This document shows positions 1 through 9,189 of a stretch of 64,000 bases of DNA, piece after piece. The notes beneath the pieces were generated by a model. It did not search any database. It was not told where the DNA came from and saw only the letters and a list, made by a program, of their open reading frames with translations. Location of the stretch: IMG/VR virus record IMGVR_UViG_3300042197_004918, positions 32,001 to 96,000 of that record. The stretch is one strand, 5' to 3'. This DNA comes from a virus. Positions within the stretch are counted from its first letter, which is position 1. Each line of letters opens with the position of its first letter. The position numbers and the translations under genes are program-made.

Positions 1-17
1 CCGACCGTGAGAAGAAG

Positions 18-425
18 ATGAACCTCGATTTAAAGGGTGTAAAGGATTATTTGAAGGAGAAGTTGGACGACAAGAAATTGGATTACAAACAAACCGCCTT
101 CAACAAAGCGGCTTCTCAGGTTGAAGATGAAACCAAAAAGACAACCGGTTTGCCCGACAGCAAGATTAAAGATTTGAAAAAAGTCGGTGACACGAAGAAA
201 GACGACCTCGATTTCAACAAGAAAGAAGTTGAAAAAGAAGCCGACCTTCCCGACCAGCCCCTCGCTGAAGTTGGAGAAGTGAAGGGTCAATCATCCCACG
301 ACAGCGACTCTGGTAAAGCAAAGTATACGTTTCCAAAACAAGATAAAGAAGAGAAAAAGCACGTTTTGAAGGGTGGCAAGGGTAAAGAGTTGAAACTGCC
401 AGAGAAGAAGATAAAAAAGAAGTGA
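18..425 (+). CDS. Lys/Asp/Glu-rich hypothetical protein (may begin upstream of window)
   Basis: Open frame from window start; highly charged low-complexity sequence; no recognised motif. Confidence 0.6.
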   Translation: MNLDLKGVKDYLKEKLDDKKLDYKQTAFNKAASQVEDETKKTTGLPDSKIKDLKKVGDTKKDDLDFNKKEVEKEADLPDQPLAEVGEVKGQSSHDSDSGKAKYTFPKQDKEEKKHVLKGGKGKELKLPEKKIKKK

Positions 426-442
426 GTTATTTTAATTAGGGG

Positions 443-470
443 TTGACTCTACCGAATATCGTGATAGACT
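443..470 (+). promoter_or_regulatory. sigma70-type promoter with extended -10, probably leaderless transcript
   Basis: TTGACT-16 bp-TAGACT with TGn before -10; ATG 478 lies 7 nt after the -10. Confidence 0.6.
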
Positions 471-477
471 GTATCAA

Positions 478-1446
478 ATGAAACAGTCTGACGACATTAA
501 AAAGAAACTCTCCAAGTGTAGTTCCCTTATTCCACCATCGCTTATAATAAGCGACTTGAAGTGGAAATACCTATGTAGGAGTGTTTTACGTGGAAAGAAT
601 GTTTTAGTGGTAGGTCCGACTGGATGTGGAAAAACGTTGGCTGCCAAGAGTGTTGCCAAAGCACTGGCCTCTGATGAACAGTTCTTCTATTTCAATCTCG
701 GCAGCACACAAGATTCCAGAAGTTCCCTCATTGGAAATACACACTTCGATAAATCCACAGGAACAATTTTTAACGAATCCACCTTCGTCACAGCAATCCG
801 AACCCCCGGTGCAATAATTCTGTTGGATGAAATTTCTCGTGCTCATCCAGATGCATGGAACATCCTTATGACGGTATTGGATGATTTACAGAGATATTTG
901 AGGTTGGATGAAAAGCGTGACAGCGAGGTTGTCCATGTCGCCGATGGTGTCACCTTCATCGCAACGGCTAACATAGGAAACGAATACACTTCCACGAAAA
1001 TAATGGATAGGGCGTTATTGAACCGATTTAGTGTAAAGATTGAAATGGAACCGTTGGACGCCGAAAATGAATTCAATCTGTTAAAATCTAGGTTTGACAT
1101 AACTGACGACTCTCTTCTCGAAACGCTTAAACATATGGTGGAGATTGCCGGTCACACAAGAAAGGCTCTAAAACAAGAGGATTCGTCCTTGACGAATTTC
1201 CTTTCAACTCGTGACACGGTTGAGATGGCTGAATTGTTGACTGACGGTTTTAGCCTTTTGGAAATTGCGGAGAACGTAATATATCCGAACTTTGAACAAG
1301 AGGGTGGTGCCGACAGTGAACGGACGTATATAAAACAACTGGTCCAAAAATATGTGGTAGACCCTAACCTACCGAAAAATCTGTTCAAGACGCCGCCTGC
1401 AAAAACCGGAACTCCATCCGCACCGACGAGTAAGGTGCCATTCTGA
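478..1446 (+). CDS. MoxR/CbbQ/CobS-like AAA+ ATPase
   Basis: Walker A GPTGCGKT, Walker B LLDEI, sensor FIATAN, DRALLNRF arginine finger. Confidence 0.9.
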   Translation: MKQSDDIKKKLSKCSSLIPPSLIISDLKWKYLCRSVLRGKNVLVVGPTGCGKTLAAKSVAKALASDEQFFYFNLGSTQDSRSSLIGNTHFDKSTGTIFNESTFVTAIRTPGAIILLDEISRAHPDAWNILMTVLDDLQRYLRLDEKRDSEVVHVADGVTFIATANIGNEYTSTKIMDRALLNRFSVKIEMEPLDAENEFNLLKSRFDITDDSLLETLKHMVEIAGHTRKALKQEDSSLTNFLSTRDTVEMAELLTDGFSLLEIAENVIYPNFEQEGGADSERTYIKQLVQKYVVDPNLPKNLFKTPPAKTGTPSAPTSKVPF

Positions 1447-1447
1447 T

Positions 1448-3532
1448 ATGGAACCAACAGTCTATTCCGATTTTTGGATGGGTGATGACGGCATCAAACA
1501 AGATGAACCCGCAGAGTATTTACACCTAATCCGTCTTGCTCAATACAGAAAAGCCATAAGCAACTTTGTAAACATTTTGACCGGACGAAACATTCCCGTC
1601 CACTTCAATGTTAAAGACAAAAATGCCACCGATGGTGAAATCGTCTATCTTTCACCTAATATAAAGCAAAAAAAGGATTTTGACGTTGCGGTGGGGTTGT
1701 CTCTCCATGAAGGTGCCCATATAGTCCATAGTGATTTCTTGATACTAAAAACTCTCTGGCAAAGAACTCCCCGTAAGCTATACGACCTGGCGGTCAAGAA
1801 GAATATAACAAAATCCCGTGTAGCAGCTTTGGTAAAAACCATGCTTAATTACGTGGAGGATAGGTTCATAGATTCTCTGATTTATAGGGATGCTCCTGGT
1901 TACAGAGGATATTACATTTCATTGTATGACAGGTATTTTAACCTAGAAGACAACTCGACAGCGTTGAAGTCAAACGTCTATAGGTTTCCCAGCCTTTCAG
2001 CGTATGAGTTTCGTATCATAAACTTCACAAACCCTGCAACAGATTTGTCAGCTTTGCCTGGCCTTGAAGAGATTTACAATCTGATTGATATACCAACGGT
2101 TCTTAGACTCAAAACTCCAAATGATAGATTCTTGGTAGCTGTAGACATCTGTGAGATAATACTGAAAAATTTAGGAAAACAAAAGGGTGAATCCGCTGGA
2201 AAAAACTCAAAACCTGCCACCGGCGCTCCCGGCCCCTCGGACGGAAAATCTAACGGTGACAGTTCATCTCCGCCACCGGAGGAACCATCTGAACCCGAAG
2301 ATTCAACGAAACCGTCTGAAAAGCCCGAGGAGAAGCCCGGTGATGAAGAACCTAAAAAAGACGACATAGGTGGGTCTGACGCAGAAAACACGGTCACTGA
2401 TAAAGATGCGGCTAAAAGTGAGGACGATTTAGAATCTGGCACCGGTGATACATCCGGTGTAAACATTGATAAGTTAAACAAAGTCGTTGATCGCCAAAAA
2501 GCGTTTATTAACGGTGAACTAAAGAAACCCATATTGAATGACGCAGATAGTCAAACGGTATCTTCGATTGATAAGAGCGGCATGGTTTTAATACGTGTTG
2601 GAAAATCGTTATCAAAACAGTCTGATTTCAAAGGAATCGAATGTGTGTTAGTCAAAGAACTGACCAACGAACTGTTGGAAGATGCTGCCTTTCCAATGTT
2701 TACGTTCAAACTCAATTCTCCTTCACCTCACGAACCAGCTGTGCGTGCAGGATTAGTGATGGGCAGATTGTTAGGAAAGCGTTTACAGATACGTGACGAA
2801 GTAAGATCCACAAAGTATAATAGACAACCATCCGGTAAAATAGATAGAAGGCTTCTATCGGAACTTGGTCACGACATCTATAACGTATTTTATACAACCA
2901 AGGTAGACAAATTTAATGAAATATCAATTCATATTTCAGTTGACGCCAGCAGTTCAATGGCTGGAAAGAAGTGGTCTAAGACACTCACCAGCGTAGTTGC
3001 TATATGCAAAGCGGCGTCTATGATTTCTAATATAAAGGTGTCAGTGAGCTTCAGAACTACCCTACGGACGTCCTCCGGAGAGGTTCCTTATGTGGTAATG
3101 GCCTACGATTCCACGAAAGACTCAATCACCAAGGTAATAACTCAATTCAAGTATCTTTCCCCCAATAATACCACTCCTGAGGGTTTGGCGTTTGAGGCTA
3201 TTTTAACAAACTTGCCGCAACCAAAAATCGGTGAGGATAGATATTTTCTTAACTTCTCGGACGGTCAACCGTGCTTCCAAGGGAGCAGAGATGGTAAAAT
3301 ACTGTATATCGGTGCCCCAGCGGTAGAACACACACGCATTCAAGTTTCGGAGATAAGGAGGCTTGGATACAAGATACTGTCATACTTCATAGAATCCGAC
3401 CAGGCCGAGTTATCCGAAGAACTGAAAAAGGATTTTAGAAAAATGTATGGGAAAGATGCCGCATTCGTAGATGTAAATAATGTGGTGAAAATCTCAAACA
3501 CAATGAATGCCATGTTTTTGAAAAAAGACTGA
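1448..3532 (+). CDS. vWA-domain protein with N-terminal HExxH metallopeptidase-like domain (CobT-like MoxR partner)
   Basis: HEGAH, NYVED, acidic/Pro linker, SGKID, MIDAS DASSS, TPEG and FSDGQP motifs; directly follows the AAA gene. Confidence 0.85.
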   Translation: MEPTVYSDFWMGDDGIKQDEPAEYLHLIRLAQYRKAISNFVNILTGRNIPVHFNVKDKNATDGEIVYLSPNIKQKKDFDVAVGLSLHEGAHIVHSDFLILKTLWQRTPRKLYDLAVKKNITKSRVAALVKTMLNYVEDRFIDSLIYRDAPGYRGYYISLYDRYFNLEDNSTALKSNVYRFPSLSAYEFRIINFTNPATDLSALPGLEEIYNLIDIPTVLRLKTPNDRFLVAVDICEIILKNLGKQKGESAGKNSKPATGAPGPSDGKSNGDSSSPPPEEPSEPEDSTKPSEKPEEKPGDEEPKKDDIGGSDAENTVTDKDAAKSEDDLESGTGDTSGVNIDKLNKVVDRQKAFINGELKKPILNDADSQTVSSIDKSGMVLIRVGKSLSKQSDFKGIECVLVKELTNELLEDAAFPMFTFKLNSPSPHEPAVRAGLVMGRLLGKRLQIRDEVRSTKYNRQPSGKIDRRLLSELGHDIYNVFYTTKVDKFNEISIHISVDASSSMAGKKWSKTLTSVVAICKAASMISNIKVSVSFRTTLRTSSGEVPYVVMAYDSTKDSITKVITQFKYLSPNNTTPEGLAFEAILTNLPQPKIGEDRYFLNFSDGQPCFQGSRDGKILYIGAPAVEHTRIQVSEIRRLGYKILSYFIESDQAELSEELKKDFRKMYGKDAAFVDVNNVVKISNTMNAMFLKKD

Positions 3533-3550
3533 TCTTTTTAAGTTTACTGG

Positions 3551-3578
3551 TTGACATAAAACTTTCTTATGATAAGAT
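3551..3578 (+). promoter_or_regulatory. sigma70-type promoter
   Basis: TTGACA-16 bp-TAAGAT with TGn. Confidence 0.7.
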
Positions 3579-3603
3579 TAGGTCGTAGGTAAAAAACAAA
3601 ATT

Positions 3604-4026
3604 ATGAAACAAACAAACCAAACCGATACAACCACCTCAACGACACCCTCAACGACACCCTCAACCAAGACTGGTCGCAAGAACAGAACCAAGTTGGAGG
3701 TCACGTTGCCTAAGAGTGGTTTTTATACAAATGAGTCTCTCTACAAGGAATTCAATTCCGGGTTCGTTCCTATCACTCTGAGAGTTCGCGTCAAGAAGTT
3801 CGTCGCCACCGGTAAGATTGTCGAAGTCGGAACGCTCCATCAGCCAAAGGGCCGCCCATCCATTATCATGGCGACCACTCCCGTTAGCAAGGACACGTGG
3901 GCAGCCATCAATGCTGCTGGTGTGTTGTTGAACGAGAAGTATTCCGTGAACGTCGTTTCCATCGGCGCTCAGACCGAGGCCGCACCTGCTGAAACCGTCG
4001 CTTCCGCTGAGGCAGTGGTCGCCTAA
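3604..4026 (+). CDS. small probable DNA-binding (winged-helix-like) protein
   Basis: Own promoter and terminator; ITLRVRVKKFVATGKIVEVG..GRP pattern resembles wHTH; Thr-rich N-terminus from a 12-bp tandem repeat. Confidence 0.6.
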   Translation: MKQTNQTDTTTSTTPSTTPSTKTGRKNRTKLEVTLPKSGFYTNESLYKEFNSGFVPITLRVRVKKFVATGKIVEVGTLHQPKGRPSIIMATTPVSKDTWAAINAAGVLLNEKYSVNVVSIGAQTEAAPAETVASAEAVVA

Positions 4027-4040
4027 TCTAACACCAAATA

Positions 4041-4082
4041 ACGAGAGAAGAGGGGCACATCAGTGTCCCTTTCTTTTTTCGT
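4041..4082. terminator. hairpin terminator between convergent genes
   Basis: acgagagaagaggggcac-atca-gtgtccctttcttttttcgt inverted repeat with T-rich 3' arm. Confidence 0.7.
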
Positions 4083-4293
4083 AAATCTTCCCAATCTTTA
4101 TAAAATCTGTGTCGAGAGTGTAATAGTTTATCCGTATGGAAGGACTTAGGTTTTTTATCACCGCCGCCACACGATTTTTACTTCCACGAATCAAGGGAAC
4201 GTCCAATTCAGAGTCAAACAATACACAGTTCGTAGCGTCTATTTCTATATAATGAAACAGAGTTTCTTTTACATTGATTTTCTTGAATGTCAT
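4060..4293 (-). CDS. hypothetical protein
   Basis: 77-aa ORF filling the gap between + strand genes. Confidence 0.5.
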   Translation of the reverse strand: MTFKKINVKETLFHYIEIDATNCVLFDSELDVPLIRGSKNRVAAVIKNLSPSIRINYYTLDTDFIKIGKIYEKRKGH

Positions 4294-4310
4294 GGTATCG
4301 TAGAATACAT

Positions 4311-5492
4311 ATGAGTTCTCCTAACGATTTTTTCGACGTAATTGAATTCGATTACGAACTAGAGAAGAAAAGGTTCGTAGATAACATGAATTTGTTAAAG
4401 TCTATGGATGTCCGTGAACAGACATTCTATAAGAAGTGGTATGAACTACAAACTTACAGAAGCTTAGTAGCAAATTCGTCTATAACGAAGTCGAAAATTT
4501 GGGTTCCAAACGATATACAAGACGAGAAGGAGACTGTTAATCAGTTGGAATCCATGAATCCAACCATTGAACTTGTCACCAACTCCACGGAGAACGATTG
4601 GTTAATGCTGAGGCTTTTCTGTCACACGATGGAGTTCAGCCAAACGCCGGGAAGGTTTTTAAAACTAATCATACACGATGGAACACCTGAACGACGATTG
4701 TTGGGTGGGATTTCCATATCAAGCGACGTCATAGCCATAACTGACAGAGATAATTACATTGGATGGACTTCCGACGATAGGCTCAAGGGTGACAAGAGAA
4801 TCAACAATAGTGCGATTGGAAGCTGCATTATGTCTACACAACCCTTTGGATACAATTTCTTGGGTGGAAAACTTTCGGCTTGTTTGGTCACGACCGATGT
4901 TGTAAGAGACGCCTGGAAGAACGGATATAACAATGTAATGGCGGGCATGACCACCACGAGTTTATACGGAAGTTACAGTATGTATAATAGTCTGAAGTGG
5001 TGGCATAAATGTGGAACAAGTGCTGGAAAGATGCCCATAAAACCGGATGACACGGTTTATGAAGTCTGGCACCACTGGTTACAGGAAAATAAACCCCATG
5101 AGTATGCTGAGATGATGAAGCAGAAGGATGGAGTATCCGGCCCCGTGACAGGAGCGAAACAGAGGGTAATATCCAAGATATTCTCTCAGTTAAAGATGAA
5201 GACGTCGGATTACGTCCACGGATTTGAACGGGGAACATACTACAGTTCCTTCTATGAAAATACCAGAGAATTTCTTTGTAACAAGATTAAAGAGTCGGAT
5301 TTGAGAATGAAACCGCTCTACGCATCTGGGAAAACTTCCATATTAGATTGGTGGAGGCCCAAGGCCATAGACCGATACAAGAAGCTTAGAGCGGAGTCAA
5401 ATTTAAAGGGTGACATTCTCTATTACAATGATATGATCGGGATGGAATATAAAGAAGCCAAGGAGAAATACTTAAATGAAGTCGGAAGATAA
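4311..5492 (+). CDS. DUF4338 / Druantia DruA-like protein (putative Mom/GNAT-type DNA-modifying enzyme), paralog 1
   Basis: PGRFLKL, RDNYIGW, QPFGYNFLGGKL and TTTSLYG motifs; start moved to ATG 4311; N-terminal NDFFD peptide. Confidence 0.75.
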   Translation: MSSPNDFFDVIEFDYELEKKRFVDNMNLLKSMDVREQTFYKKWYELQTYRSLVANSSITKSKIWVPNDIQDEKETVNQLESMNPTIELVTNSTENDWLMLRLFCHTMEFSQTPGRFLKLIIHDGTPERRLLGGISISSDVIAITDRDNYIGWTSDDRLKGDKRINNSAIGSCIMSTQPFGYNFLGGKLSACLVTTDVVRDAWKNGYNNVMAGMTTTSLYGSYSMYNSLKWWHKCGTSAGKMPIKPDDTVYEVWHHWLQENKPHEYAEMMKQKDGVSGPVTGAKQRVISKIFSQLKMKTSDYVHGFERGTYYSSFYENTREFLCNKIKESDLRMKPLYASGKTSILDWWRPKAIDRYKKLRAESNLKGDILYYNDMIGMEYKEAKEKYLNEVGR

Positions 5493-5880
5493 AAAGCAAA
5501 TCAAAATACCCGACGTTGGTGATGACACGACGTTGTTCTTGACAAAAAATGGATACCGATTAGCGCAAGGATATAATCGTGTAGTTTTTGGAGGGCGAGG
5601 AGCCTATGTTGAGTTTCAACCGAAACACGTATTTCACACAAACATCCACATACCAGAAAATCAATTGTTTAGGTTAAGCGACCCCCGAATCTATTACATA
5701 GAGTTTAGAAGCGGTGATGAATCGAACGTGAAGGTTTATTATCAAATGAGAAGCGTAGCGTATGCCGACTACAAAATAGGTATGTTTTACATATGTCCGA
5801 CGCAACTCAAACTTCTCGATGGGGCTAGTGTGTTAAATCGGTCAACTGAAAATGAAAGAAGCGTAGACTTTTTTGAATAA
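5476..5880 (+). CDS. hypothetical protein ending in SVDFFE
   Basis: Overlaps upstream stop; GYNRVVFGGRGAYVEF and YADYK segments; function unknown. Confidence 0.7.
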   Translation: MKSEDKKQIKIPDVGDDTTLFLTKNGYRLAQGYNRVVFGGRGAYVEFQPKHVFHTNIHIPENQLFRLSDPRIYYIEFRSGDESNVKVYYQMRSVAYADYKIGMFYICPTQLKLLDGASVLNRSTENERSVDFFE

Positions 5881-5882
5881 TT

Positions 5883-6740
5883 ATGAAAACCATACAACTA
5901 GAAGACAGCGCGAAGGTTCCCACGTTAGACCAAATAAAGAAACACAGTGAGGACGGGTTAGTCCTGTGCTTCGCTGGTGTTGGTAATGCGTGGGCTAGAA
6001 AAAACGCCAACACGAGTTTGATTGTAGCGAAATACGGTAAGACAATATTGGTTGACTTAGGAACCAGTGTTCCTGTCTCATTGGAGTCACGCGGGGTGAG
6101 TATGTTAGATTTCGACTACTATCATTTTACCCATTCTCACGCCGACCACGTAGGCGCAGTCGAAGAACTTCTTCTAAAGTTGAGGTATATTAAGAAGAAG
6201 AAGGCAAAGGTGATTATCACACACGAATATCAACAGACGCTTTGGAACGAGACTTTGAAGGGTGGGTGTGAGATAAATGAAGACGGACTTTTGCGATTCA
6301 CGGATTTGATAGATGTAGTCCGACCTAATTGGGAATCGTGCCAACCGAGAGAGAAGTATCACATCAAACTTGACGGAATTTTGGATTTTGAGATTTTTAG
6401 AACATTCCATGTTCCGGGAGACGTAAACAGTTGGGAAAAAGCATTTTGGTCCACGGGATTACAATTGGACGGGAAGGTTGTATTTACAGCCGATACTCGA
6501 TTCGATTTGAGTATCTTTGAACATCTGGATTTTAGTTCGGTTGAAGCCATATTCCATGACTGTCAGTTATCCGGCCCAGGTTCAGTTCACGCAACGTATG
6601 AAGAACTTTCTCGACTTCTACCGTCATACAAGGAAAGAATGTATCTTACACACTACGGAGACAATTTTGATAAATTCTCTCCTGAGAAAGACGAGTTCGC
6701 TGGATTTGCTAAACCGTGGGTTTTGTATAAATTCGACTAA
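5883..6740 (+). CDS. MBL-fold metallo-hydrolase, Apyc1-like cyclic-nucleotide phosphodiesterase
   Basis: LVDLG, THSHADH, ADTRFD, IFHDCQL..PG.VHAT.EEL and HYGD motifs. Confidence 0.8.
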   Translation: MKTIQLEDSAKVPTLDQIKKHSEDGLVLCFAGVGNAWARKNANTSLIVAKYGKTILVDLGTSVPVSLESRGVSMLDFDYYHFTHSHADHVGAVEELLLKLRYIKKKKAKVIITHEYQQTLWNETLKGGCEINEDGLLRFTDLIDVVRPNWESCQPREKYHIKLDGILDFEIFRTFHVPGDVNSWEKAFWSTGLQLDGKVVFTADTRFDLSIFEHLDFSSVEAIFHDCQLSGPGSVHATYEELSRLLPSYKERMYLTHYGDNFDKFSPEKDEFAGFAKPWVLYKFD

Positions 6741-6768
6741 TATAAGAAACAAAATCGTAGAAATGTTG

Positions 6769-6797
6769 TTGACAGTTAATAACTCTGGTGGTAAAGT
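6769..6797 (+). promoter_or_regulatory. sigma70-type promoter
   Basis: TTGACA-17 bp-TAAAGT with TGn. Confidence 0.7.
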
Positions 6798-6861
6798 CTT
6801 AAACATAAGTTCGATATAACACTGTTGTTAGAGTCGAAACAAAAAAACAAACACAAAACAT

Positions 6862-7077
6862 ATGATCGCACGTAAAAACAAGAAAAACCGCACAGCATTC
6901 GTCTATGATACCGTTGGCAATTTTGAAGCCTTCGTTTCCCAGACATTCCGTGGAGCCAAACAGGGAAGTCAATTGACCCTTCGCACTGAAACCGACCGCG
7001 TTGACATCTCCGGCCGCGAACTCCGCGTCCTTCGTAACGTATTGACCAAGGCGAACGCATTGGCAGCTCGCGCCTAA
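6862..7077 (+). CDS. small basic hypothetical protein
   Basis: 71-aa ORF behind own promoter and A-rich leader. Confidence 0.7.
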   Translation: MIARKNKKNRTAFVYDTVGNFEAFVSQTFRGAKQGSQLTLRTETDRVDISGRELRVLRNVLTKANALAARA

Positions 7078-7091
7078 CCAAATTCCCACGA

Positions 7092-7382
7092 TTGATTAAA
7101 CGAATTTCAATTTCGGTGATCGTGGGTTTGGCGTGTTGGTTGTTTCCAAAATGTATGCCGGTAATCTTCGGATTGTCGGCATACATCTTTTTTGCATATA
7201 AATCCTCGGTGGAGGCAAACCTGATAAATCAAGACGAGAACAATAAAATTTTCCGAAGGGATATAAGTTCTTTGAATCAGCACATCAACGTGATACAGTC
7301 GTCTCTTAACAAGACATCCGCTCTGAATAGATATGGCAAAACCAAAAAAGAAAAGTTCGACAGAAGACGCTCCCAAGTATAA
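7092..7382 (+). CDS. putative small membrane protein
   Basis: Two hydrophobic segments then coiled coil; TTG start. Confidence 0.45.
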   Translation: MIKRISISVIVGLACWLFPKCMPVIFGLSAYIFFAYKSSVEANLINQDENNKIFRRDISSLNQHINVIQSSLNKTSALNRYGKTKKEKFDRRRSQV

Positions 7383-7821
7383 GTCTCTATTCGACCATAT
7401 CAATCAGATAAGGAACGTAAAAAGCCCCAAGTATTTCGACTCCCTCACCGATGGAGACAAAAAATCCTTCAATCATTACATGATATGTAGGTTTTTGAGC
7501 ATGGATAGTTCGTGCATCAACGAAGTCTCGTATCTTACCAAGATTTTTGATAAAATGGATAGTAAATCGTTTTACAAAGTTGCGTGTGCGTTGGTAAGTC
7601 CTGTAAAATACACACCATACATAAAGAGCAAAAACAAGAAATTTAATCCCACTCTTGTAGGATATATCTCCTCTAAATATGAAGTGAGCAGGTCAGATGC
7701 AAATGATTATTGCAAAACGTTGGTGTCAATAGAAGGTGGGATCGAAGAACTCGCCGAGATATGTAGGGGATATGGTTTGTCGGATAAAGAAATAGAAAAG
7801 ATTTTGAATGATGAAGACTAA
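7333..7821 (+). CDS. clamp loader small subunit (T4 gp62-like)
   Basis: SLFDHI, YMICRFLS, NE, YIK..KK and KYEVS..DA..Y pattern; size matches gp62. Confidence 0.7.
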   Translation: MAKPKKKSSTEDAPKYKSLFDHINQIRNVKSPKYFDSLTDGDKKSFNHYMICRFLSMDSSCINEVSYLTKIFDKMDSKSFYKVACALVSPVKYTPYIKSKNKKFNPTLVGYISSKYEVSRSDANDYCKTLVSIEGGIEELAEICRGYGLSDKEIEKILNDED

Positions 7822-8425
7822 ATACATAGGAATTTCCGGTGTCGCTAGAGTTGGAAAGAACTTATTCTGTGACATCGCGAGTGACATCTTAAAAGAAGAA
7901 TACGGAAAACGGTCGGAAACTTTCGCCTTGGCCACGTATCTCAAACGTGACTGTGAACCATTTTTGAAGGAAAAGTTCGGTCTAAACGTCTGGTCGGAAG
8001 TCACCGAGGAGAAAACCATTTTTAGACCATTTCTAATATGGTATGGTGGCGTTAAGAGAAACTGGTCAAAAGGTAGGTGCTGGATAGATATGTTAGACCC
8101 TGAGATTCGTGCCAGTAAAGCTGATGTATGCTTTGTCAGCGACGTCCGATTTGCTAAATATGCAAACGACGAAGCATTCTGGATTCAGTCGGAGTTATCC
8201 GGTAAACTCGTTCACTTGTCAAGATATAAAGGTTATCCCGGCAGCGAGTTGAGAGATTATACGCCGCCCGCATCAACTGATGAAAGCGAAAACGACCCGA
8301 TGTTAAAACGTATTTCGGATGCATCCTTAGAGTGGAAAGACTCTGGTTGTAAAACCCATGAAGACGCCAGAAAAAACTTGACTCTAAGAGAGAATGTCCG
8401 CCAGATATTATACAAGGTTTTGTGA
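7808..8425 (+). CDS. deoxynucleoside monophosphate kinase (T4 gp1-like)
   Basis: IGISGVARVGK P-loop, FALA..LK, VSDVRF..NE-like motifs. Confidence 0.75.
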   Translation: MMKTKYIGISGVARVGKNLFCDIASDILKEEYGKRSETFALATYLKRDCEPFLKEKFGLNVWSEVTEEKTIFRPFLIWYGGVKRNWSKGRCWIDMLDPEIRASKADVCFVSDVRFAKYANDEAFWIQSELSGKLVHLSRYKGYPGSELRDYTPPASTDESENDPMLKRISDASLEWKDSGCKTHEDARKNLTLRENVRQILYKVL

Positions 8426-9189
8426 AAGAGAATCTATACAATAATGGAGACACGTTTTTTGACATAGAGAAGTCTAAACTGCAAATCCAACTTATACAAT
8501 GCACTACGCCTGTGCAAAATAAGCTATTTCGTGATACCATAAATAAACACCACTCGTATGTAAAATACAAAGATTCTCCGACGAGGAATCTTAGATACTT
8601 GGTCTACGAAGGCGTGAGTGGAAATCACGTAGGAGCCGTGGGATTGAGCAGTGCCACAATTGCGGTGGCTTGCCGAGATGCATTTGTTGGGTGGAACAAT
8701 GAAACTAAGATGCGTCACCTAAACGAAGTCGCTAACAATAGTAGATTTTGCTTAATAAGAGACAACATCACCATAAAGAATGTGGCAAGTATGTGTCTTC
8801 GCCAGCTGCGCGAAGTTGGTGCAGTGGACTGGAAGAATCGTTACAACGACAGATTAATACTGCTTGAGACGTTTGTTCAGCCCGACAGAGATGTTTCATT
8901 AGACGGACACGTATCGAGAAACGGCAGTTGTTATAGAAGTGATAACTGGGTCGAGGTCGGAATGACATCTGGTGCAAGTATCCAAAAGTCTCCGTTATTG
9001 TTATGGGCGAAGGAGAAGGGAGAAAGAGGAAGGCTTGCCAGAGAAAACAAAGAGGAGTGTCTAAAGATATATGGAAAGTATCTTGGAGAACACAATGGTA
9101 GCGGATATAAAGTAACTGAAAGTAAGAAAAAAATTGTGTTTGTAAGACCTCTGGTCCATAATTGGAAAACCTTATTGAACCATGAGTGA
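8422..9189 (+). CDS. DUF4338 / DruA-like protein (Mom-like), paralog 2
   Basis: HHSY, RDAFVGW, ANNSRF, LLETFV and G.CYRSDNW..VG.T.G motifs; N-terminal DTFFD peptide. Confidence 0.8.
   Translation: MKENLYNNGDTFFDIEKSKLQIQLIQCTTPVQNKLFRDTINKHHSYVKYKDSPTRNLRYLVYEGVSGNHVGAVGLSSATIAVACRDAFVGWNNETKMRHLNEVANNSRFCLIRDNITIKNVASMCLRQLREVGAVDWKNRYNDRLILLETFVQPDRDVSLDGHVSRNGSCYRSDNWVEVGMTSGASIQKSPLLLWAKEKGERGRLARENKEECLKIYGKYLGEHNGSGYKVTESKKKIVFVRPLVHNWKTLLNHE

Noticed and set aside
4311-9189. Druantia defence system
   Set aside because: No DruE helicase or DruB-D alongside; context is phage replication genes
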